Shown: piece by piece, positions 55,183 through 64,000 of the stretch | Layout: every line of letters begins with the position of its first letter | Numbering within the stretch: the first letter of the stretch is position 1 | Source: Eledone cirrhosa | Lineage: Eukaryota | Length of the DNA: 64,000 bases | NCBI GenBank assembly: GCA_964016885.1 | Contig: OZ024742.1 | Location: forward strand, 223,200,001 to 223,264,000 | Reading direction: 5' to 3' | Position numbers and translations under genes: made by a program | The notes under the pieces: generated by a model | Databases searched by the model: none | Told to the model about the DNA's origin: nothing | The model's input: only the letters and a program-made list of their open reading frames with translations

Positions 55183-55806
55183 GGATTTTAATTTTAATGG
55201 CTATACATCATCAGTCATAAGTTAAAGGCAACATTCCTGCTAAGGTGTTTGGGCACTAGCTGTATTGTTGCCATACATCAGAATATTGGCATATTGATGT
55301 CACACACATCAAAATGTGGCCAATTAGTAGCTTTGCAATGCCTGTATATTGTAGTTTTTGAATTTAAAATATTTTTGCTCAAAGTATCAAACATTCTGCT
55401 CTGAGGTTTGAAAAAATTGAGGGAGAATTGTCAGGTTTTTTTTTATGACTAGTCTATATTGACTGTGGAATTTAATTTAGCATTGTGCTTTGCTATGAGT
55501 ATTACTTCCATCATTAATTGTCTGGAATTTTGTAAAGTATTGATGTGTTGTCCACTAATTTTTTTTAGTTTTCCTATCTAGTTTTGCTCTGTGTGATCTT
55601 GTGTATTGCTCTGTGTTTTATATTGTGTTGTGTGGTTTAGTGTGTTGTAGTAATTGTGTGTTTTGTGGTGTAGTGTATAACAGTTGTTCTGTGTTGTCTT
55701 GTGGTGTGGTGTATTGTACAGCAGTTTCTCTGTGTTGTTGTGAGTACATGGTGAGCATGTTGTACTTGTATGACCAGTGCAACAGTTGGAAGTATAAAGT
55801 CTACAG

Positions 55807-56092
55807 CAGTGGTCTCCAACCCTTTTTTTATACCATGGACCCGCGTCATGCCAGACAATCTTTCTGCAGACCAGTAGTTGTACATATGTGTTATTTAAGT
55901 ACATTTCGATAAAGAGAGCAATTTATTAAAGGGAAGAAAAAGTGTATAATGTTTTGACTCTCATGTAAATCTTTTTAAATATCCAATTTATCTATTATAT
56001 AATTTTAAACAAGTTAATTATTTCTTTGCGGCCGGGTAGCAAGTGATCCACGGACCGGTACTGGTCCATGACCCGGTGGTTGGGGACCTCTG
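55807..56092. mobile_element. hAT (Charlie-like) MITE
   Basis: TIRs CAGTGGTCTCCAACC and GGTTGGGGACCTCTG. 8-bp TSD GTCTACAG/ATCTACAG. Confidence 0.88.
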
Positions 56093-56659
56093 ATCTACAG
56101 CATTCATATTTGCTATCAAATTTATAAATCACATCCTCCTCCTCCATCTTCCCTGCTAGCATGGACTGGACGGGTCATTAACAAACACACTCAATACTCA
56201 AGCAGGATGGTCTACATCTCACTTATAATACATTCCTGCACTCTACTGAGTGTATTTTATTATGGCATCAGCACACTAATCACTGATGTCTTGTTCTCAG
56301 GTTTACATGTTTGGGGTTTGACATTAAACAGGATAAGCTACAGTCTCATGGGGCAGACTTTAATTTTTAACTGTCTGTAAAGTGGTTAGTGTTAGGGAGG
56401 GCATTCAAAAATAGAACATATGGCAAACTATTTTCCAGCATGTCATAAGAAGTTTCTAAAAAGGTTGACACCTGGAAGGGTATCTAGCCAAAAGATTCTG
56501 CCTCAAAAAATCTCATCCAATCCATGCTGCATGAAAAACAATGATGACGAACACAGAACACAGCTTTGTGTGTGTTCATTGCTCATTATCATTGTTTCTA
56601 CCTTTCTTTTTTCATGCTGGTATGGGTTGGATGAGACTTATATATACTTACACATATAT

Positions 56660-56742
<83 letters not shown>

Positions 56743-57432
56743 ACACCACACCACACCACACCACACACCACACACACTACACCACACACACACCACACCA
56801 CACACACACCACACACACCACACCACACCACACACACCACACCACACACACACCACACCACACCACACACACACATACACCACACACACACACTGCTTAT
56901 TACAAAGCATTTAATTCCATTCCAGAAAAGCATTATTTTCTCTCGGAATAATTTTTTTGTTTCTTTATATTGTGTGGGCGTGGGCGTGTGTGTGTGTGTG
57001 GGCGTGTGTGTGTGTGTGTGTGTGGGCGTGTGTGTGGGCGTGTGTGTGTGTGTGAATAGGTGTATGGATGTGGGGAGTGTGTCTAGGTGTGTATATGTGT
57101 GTGTGGGAGTGTGTGTATGGGAACGTGCATGTAGGAGTGTATGTGGGTTTGTGTGTGTGTGTATATTTTTGTATATTTATGTGTATGAGAATGAGTTGGT
57201 GGTTCACCATCTCCTCTCTCTTCATGCACCCCTCCCTTCCTTATCTTCCCTACACTCCTGTACCACGACCTCACTACTCCACACTCTCTCTCTCTCTCAC
57301 CTCCCTACCCTGCCCTTATCCACCTACACCAGATGTTTTCATTCCAGTATAATTGAGATCTCTATAAGAACTATCTGATATTATTGAAATAAGATGAACT
57401 AACTTGTTTCTCTCTCTCTCTCTCTCTCCCTC

Positions 57433-57535
<103 letters not shown>

Positions 57536-57834
57536 CACCCCCACCCATGTCCCAGATCTTAATCAATATTTGGTAGAGAATGTAAATTCTTAAAGAGCCA
57601 AATTGTATCTAATTAGCTGTATTCAGTCGACTAATTCAAGGCATCCTTTCCCACCATGACCCACCCTCCTTTTCATTCAACTTTGATTGCTCTCATCAAA
57701 CACAATGATATAGCATCATTTAAAAAATTGATTTAGTTTTCAAGTAGTGTGTGTGTGTGTGAGGGGGAGGGGTTTAACCCTACAAACACACTCTTACGAT
57801 GAGTTACTTTCCTTGCTTTTTCCTCTCGGATAAA

Positions 57835-58020
57835 AGTATGTAGCTTAGTGTGTTGGACTCATGGTCATAAGGCTATGGGTTCAATTGCTGGGTGTTGTGT
57901 TCTCAAGCAAGACACTTCATTATTAGGACTGAGATCTCATTGAAACACCCAAGAAACCTCCTGTGAGATGCAACCTTGTAGGAGGTCAGCTTAACCTGCA
58001 TAGGATTAACAACATCAACA
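57835..58020 (+). mobile_element. tRNA-derived SINE, family D (related pieces at about 25910-26140, 49510-49770, 53880-53985, 54780-54930)
   Basis: A box TAGCTTAGTG, B box GGTTCAATTGC, and 3' part AAGAAACCTC.TG.GAGATGCAACCTTGTAGGAGGTCAGC. Confidence 0.65.
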
Positions 58021-58065
58021 TACAAATATAACCTCTCCCTATATATATATATCATCATCATCATC

Positions 58066-58396
58066 ATCATTTCATTTTACGTCCGCTTTTTCCCTGCTTG
58101 CAAGGGTGGGACGGGGAACTGATTCTGGGTTGATTTCTATAGCTGGATGCCATTCCTAACACCAACCTTATTTACAGTGAGTGGTGGATGCTTTTTTGCT
58201 GTGGCACCTACACGACCACTTTGCAGTGGAATGATAGGGACCCCAGTCCTATCATCTCATTTCTACAGCTGAGTAAACTGGAGCAATGTGAAATAAAGTG
58301 TCTTGCTCAAAGAAACAACACATCACCCGGTCTGAGAATTGATCTCACAGCTTTTCGATTACAAGGCCAATGCTCTAACCACTAAGCCATGTGCCT

Positions 58397-58399
<3 letters not shown>
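58066..58399 (-). mobile_element. SINE family C, full length
   Basis: Reverse complement of 35963-36300. Flanked by (TA)n. Confidence 0.88.
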
Positions 58400-58480
<81 letters not shown>

Positions 58481-58661
58481 ATGTTTATATGTATGTATAT
58501 ATGTATGTATGTATGTATATATGTATGTATATATATATGTATGTATATATATATGTATGTATATATGTAGATATATATGTATGTATATATGTATATATAT
58601 ATGTATGTATATATATATGTATATGCATATATATATATGCATATATATATGTACATATATA

Positions 58662-58723
<62 letters not shown>

Positions 58724-59919
58724 CGAGAATCGTAATTCGACTTAACGAAAAACAACTTCCGAGATGTGTGGCAAGCGCTCGATGGTTCAAATGAACCAGA
58801 GCTACAACATACGTTAAAGGCCAAACACACTGAGATGGTGGTTAAACAAAACATCTGCACAGCCAAAGAAACGACCAAGTAATTCGGGCCAAACAATAAA
58901 AATATATGTGAATATATATATATATATATATATATATAAGACTTGGAGCCCCTATGTAACTATAAGAGGTCAACTAACCTGTATAAGTTGAGCTGTAACA
59001 ACAGCGGCATACAGTTACCTACACAAATGCATTGATGAAGATGGTGATGAAAAAACATGCCCAAATCTACCCCCTTCCAATCAGCAAACTTAGATAAACT
59101 CCGCTCACCCAGTACAATACTCTGACCCTTCTTTCAAGTTTTACACTGGAAGGACCCCCCTCCCCCCAATGTTTTCTATTTTGGTTTCAAAAAAGAATTT
59201 GGCTTGATGGAGTCAAAACAAGTGTTGTAAATAGAGACTGTCTGTGTGTGTGTAGTCTGTGTGTGTGTGTGTGTGTAGTCTGTGTGTGTGTAGTGTGTGT
59301 GTAGTCTGTGTGTGTGTAGTGTGTGTAGTCTGTATGTGTGTAGTGTGTGTGTGTAGTCTGTGTGTGTATGTAGTCTGTCTACCTGTCTTTATATGTATGT
59401 CTATATGTGTGTGTGTGCGTACATGTGTGTACATGCCTATCTGTGTGTGTGTGTGTGCGTACATGTGTGTACATGCCTATCTGTGTGTGTGCGTACATGT
59501 GTATACATGCCTATCTGTGTGTGTGCGTACATGTGTATACATGCCTATCTGTGTGTGTGCGTGCGTGCGTACATGTGTGTACATGCCTATCTGTGTGTGT
59601 GTGTGTGCATGTTTGCCTGTATTGCTTTCTGTGTGTGAACACATTTGTTATTGCCGGTGCCCTTTACATCTCCCATTGTGTGTGTGTGTGTGTGTGTATG
59701 TATGTGTGTGTGTGTGAGAGAGAGAGTCTTTGTATGTGTGAGGCTGTCTCTCTCTAGATGTGCGTACATATAGTTTCTGTCTTAGTGTGTATTTAGCTAT
59801 CTATCCATTACATGTTTCTATCTATATAGCTATCGTGTGTATCTATCTACCCATCCATCTTTCTATCCAGCCCCCACCCAAATGTGTGTCTCACAGTTTA
59901 TCTGTTTATTTGTCCATCT

Positions 59920-61105
59920 ATCTGTAAGTTATGATGTTACCCTCCTATCCATCTGTAAGTTATGATGTTACCCTCCTATCCATCTGTAAGTTGTGATGTT
60001 ACCCTCCTATCCATCTGTAAGTTATGATGTTACCCTCCTATCCATCTGTAAGTTATGATGTTACCCTCCTATCCATCTGTAAGTTATGATGTTACCCTCC
60101 CACCCATATGTAAGTTATGATGCTACCCTCCCACCCATCTGTAAGTTATGATGCTACCCTCCTATCCGTCTGTAAGTTATGATGCTACCCTCCCACCCAT
60201 CTGTAAGTTATGATACTACCCTCCCACCCATCTGTAAGTTATGATGCTACCCTCCCACCCATCTGTAAGTTATGATGCTACCCTCCCACCCATCTGTAAG
60301 TTATGATGCTACCCTCCCACCCATCTGTAAGTTATGATGCTACCCTCCCACCCATCTGTAAGTTATGATGCTACCCTCCCACCCATCTGTAAGTTATGAT
60401 GCTACCCTCCCACCCATCTGTAAGTTATGATGCTACCATTCCATCCATCTGTAAGTTATGATGCTACCCTCCCACCCATCTGTAAGTTATGATGCTACCC
60501 TCCCACCCATCTGTAAGTTATGATGCTACCCTCCCACCCATCTGTAAGTTATGATGCTACCCTCCCACCCATCTGTAAGTTATGATGCTACCCTCCCACC
60601 CATCTGTAAGTTATGATGCTACCCTCCCACCCATCTGTAAGTTATGATGCTACCCTCCCACCCATCTGTAAGTTATGATGCTACCCTCCCACCCATCTGT
60701 AAGTTATGATGCTACCCTCCCACCCATCTGTAAGTTATGATGCTACCATTCCATCCATCTGTAAGTTATGATGCTACCCTCCCACCCATCTGTAAGTTAT
60801 GATGCTACCCTCCCACCCATCTGTAAGTTATGATGCTACCCTCCCACCCATCTGTAAGTTATGATGCTACCCTCCCACCCATCTGTAAGTTATGATGCTA
60901 CCCTCCCACCCATCTGTAAGTTATGATGCTACCCTCCCACCCATCTGTAAGTTATGATGCTACCCTCCCACCCATCTGTAAGTTATGATGCTACCCTCCC
61001 ACCCATCTGTAAGTTATGATGCTACCCTCCCACCCATCTGTAAGTTATGATGCTACCATTCCATCCATCTGTAAGTTATGATGCTACCATTCCATCTATC
61101 TGTAA
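59920..61105. repeat. 31-bp minisatellite (ATCTGTAAGTTATGATGCTACCCTCCCACCC)n, about 38 copies
   Basis: Direct periodicity with a 310-bp higher-order period. Confidence 0.96.
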
Positions 61106-61551
61106 AATAGTTAGGACATTAGCCTCACTCACAATGCAAGCCAGCTGTACTATAAGTTCATCAATCACTGTCTACTGTTACTGCTGCTGCTACTGATGTT
61201 GGTGCTAGGGCTGCTGCTGTTGTTGATTTGTATGAGAGAGTATGGAGAGAGGGGGGGTGTTGTTCTGTCAGGCCATTCACCCCAGACCCAATACATAAGC
61301 CATCAGCTGTAATACGGAGCAATACTAAATGACTTTATAATCAGTCAGCTACTACCTGTCTGCCTGTCCCCCAGCCCTGATATAATCCACCATCACCACT
61401 ACCATCATCAGCACTAAAGGTCTCTATATCAGTCAGCCACTGTCCGGCTGTCTGTCTGTTATCATTATTTAAAGATTACATGGGTCAGGATGTATTCATT
61501 ACGTCCTTCATCATTACGTCATTATCCTCCATAACTACACCCGCCTGTCTC

Positions 61552-61605
<54 letters not shown>

Positions 61606-61679
61606 ATCTTTCACATGCGTGTAAGTATGTGTAGAAGTGTCACGTATTCATACATGTGTGTGTATTGGAAAGTTGATAC

Positions 61680-61727
<48 letters not shown>

Positions 61728-61836
61728 TTTTGTATCACCAAAGAAATACGGTTTTAGGAAGCTGTAGTTATGCAAACAGAGGGGGGGAGTGGGGGCTAAC
61801 GCCCTCTGGTGATGTCCAACAGAAGCAAGGGGGACA

Positions 61837-61880
61837 ACCGTCTATGCATTTCAGGCTTAACTGGCCTTCATCAGAACGGT
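61837..61880 (-). ncRNA. Type I hammerhead ribozyme with palindromic stem III, predicted cleavage between 61843 and 61842
   Basis: ACCGUU-CUGAUGA-AGGC CAGUUAA GCCU-GAAA-UGCA-UA^GACGGU. All core nucleotides and three stems are intact. Confidence 0.9.
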
Positions 61881-61967
61881 CCCTCCCACCGCTTGTGACT
61901 GATGGACTAGCAGACAGGCGAGAATATATACTTTTCTTGTCTGTGTGTAAATGAGGTGATTAATCTC

Positions 61968-61975
61968 ATTTGCAT
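61968..61975 (-). promoter_or_regulatory. Octamer motif ATGCAAAT upstream of the hammerhead (candidate snRNA-type promoter element)
   Basis: ATTTGCAT on +. Function is inferred only by analogy with newt satellite 2. Confidence 0.35.
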
Positions 61976-62085
61976 ATGAAGCTGCATAAGTTGGCTCAAC
62001 TTATAATTAAAAAGAAATAGGATTTCACTTCAAACATAGCTTTATACAATATGTATGAATATTTTGTATCTCCAAAGAAATACGG

Positions 62086-62139
<54 letters not shown>

Positions 62140-62141
<2 letters not shown>

Positions 62142-62445
62142 AGGCACACGGCTTAGTGGTTAGAGCATTGGCCTTGCAATCGAAAGGTTGTGAGTTCAAT
62201 TCTCAGACCGGGTGATGTGTTGTTTCCTTGAATAAGACACTTTATTTCACATTGCTCCAGTTTACTCAGCTGTAGAAATGAGATGATAAGGACTGGGGTC
62301 CCTATCATTCCACTGCAAAGTGGTCGTGGAGGTGCCACGGCAAAAAAGCACCCAGCACTCACTGAAATCAAGCCAGAATCAGTTCCTGTCCCACCCTTGC
62401 AAGCAGGGAAAAACGGATGTAAAATGAAATGATGATGATGATGAT
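62140..62445 (+). mobile_element. SINE family C with internal deletion
   Basis: GGAGGCACACGGCTTAGTGGTTAGAGC ... GGATGTAAAATGAAA(TGA)n. Confidence 0.88.
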
Positions 62446-62660
62446 ATATATATATACATATATATACACATATAATATATATATCATCATCATCATTTAA
62501 CGTCCATCTTCCACGCTAGCATGGGGTAGGGCGAGCTGACCCTTTGTGAGGGATCAGGTCGGTGGACCATAATTCACTCACACAGAACTGATTCTGGCTT
62601 GGTTTCTACGGCTGGATGCCCTTCCTAACACCAACCACATTTACATGTACAGGTGCTGGG

Positions 62661-62710
<50 letters not shown>

Positions 62711-62884
62711 GTGTGTATAAATATATATATACGTATGTGTGTGTGTATAAATATATATATACGTATGTATGTATGTATAAATATATATATATATGTATGT
62801 ATGTGTGGGTATGTATATATTTATGTATGTTATGTTGTCGCCTCCTGACTTACATCAGGATTCTACATAACATACATATATTTA

Positions 62885-62927
<43 letters not shown>

Positions 62928-63150
62928 CTTGGTAGTGTGCTGGAATGTATGTAAACCAGACACAAGCCTCTGGCATATCTGAGAGGTCAGTAGCTTTGCT
63001 TAAGTACTGACTCGGCTTGTGACAACCCATCCAACTCTTGCTATCAGGGAAAATGGATGTTAAATGATGATGATGATAATGATCATCATCATCACCCTTT
63101 AATGTACATTTTCCCTGCCAGTAAGAGTTTGCTAGATGAAATACCAGCCA

Positions 63151-63194
<44 letters not shown>

Positions 63195-63429
63195 GAGTGG
63201 TCCCTTTGGTAATGAATCTAATTTGTTACTATAAAAATTAATTACCACTTCACTTAAAATATATGTTTTTAAGAAGAATTTGTCCCCAAACCTCAACTAA
63301 TACTGAAAGGCTACATCCAAAGCAATCTTTTAGAAATTAATAAAACCCAACTTATAAATATAATTAAATCATCAAGTTCCTGCAACTGGTGCTGTCAGTT
63401 ATTGGCATGCCACCCTAGATGCTTTTGCA

Positions 63430-64000
63430 GTCAGCCATCAGCATTGGTCTCTATTCTAGAAGGGTCTCAGTGTAGTAACCTGTCAAGTCTTTGGTGTTGT
63501 GAAACCAGGACTTTCTTTGTCTGCATCTTCTTTGTCTTCCCTCGGTTGTGCCCTGAAAGATGGTTTTAGCCAGGGAGTTGTGGCAAGATATATGACTACC
63601 TGACAAGCCTCTGTCTTTTCATCACTGCAAGAAGTGGTTCTTTTCTGCCAATGTATTTGTTTGACAAAGCAGTTTGTTTTGTGCTCTTTGTATGGAATGT
63701 ATCGCAGCCTTCTGAACCACTTGTGCTTGAATACCTGGATTCTTCATTTCATATGTCAACTGTAAGAGTCCAGCTCTTTCACCCATACAAAATGTTCGAA
63801 ATCACCAGGAACTTGTACAATTTGAGCCTAATGGAGTTGCTTTTCCATATGATGTTCAGCTTTGCCATGGCAGAAGAGGCTAGGTCAAGTATTGTCATTA
63901 TCTCCTTTTGAAGCCTGCCATTCTTGGTCAGAGTGGTTCCTAGCTATTTGAAGGTGTTGACTTCTTCAAGTCTTCTGTTCAACATGATGCTAGTTGCTGT
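63430..64000 (-). mobile_element. RTE-clade LINE 3' region (different subfamily), truncated by the window end
   Basis: Minus translation includes EPLLAVMKRQRL ... HNSLAKTIFQGTTEGRQRRCRQRKSW, typical of RTE ORF C-termini. Confidence 0.75.

Larger units (their letters stand above)
61724..62089 (-). mobile_element. Retrozyme-like element: 334-nt monomer plus 32-bp terminal redundancy, inserted in (TA)n
   Basis: Direct repeat AATATTTTGTATC(A/T)CCAAAGAAATACGGTTTT at 61724-61755 and 62058-62089. Internal hammerhead. No credible ORF. Confidence 0.8.

Overview
This is eukaryotic, AT-rich, repeat-dense animal DNA. The SINE, RTE and microsatellite repertoire suggests an octopod cephalopod (inference). 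The only supportable protein-coding sequence is the first coding exon of a CUEDC1 orthologue (30304-30591, + strand, CUE ubiquitin-binding domain, GT donor at 30592); I found no further exons, so the rest is probably intronic or intergenic. All giant ORFs in the track are artefacts of stop-free tandem repeats (26-, 46-, 24- and 42-bp satellites and a perfect (GAGT)n); 44/45- and 31-bp satellites are also present. Interspersed elements include tRNA-derived SINEs, RTE LINE fragments, piggyBac and hAT MITEs, a Helitron and a decayed R4-like retrotransposon. The main hidden signal is a set of small non-coding elements inserted in (TA)n microsatellites that carry type I hammerhead ribozymes: (1) a 334-nt terminally redundant, retrozyme-like unit with an octamer motif (61724-62089); (2) a second family present as a perfect 130-bp-arm inverted repeat (54439-54710) and as a SINE-interrupted copy (36622-36999); (3) degenerate relics near 41.4 kb and 49.4 kb.
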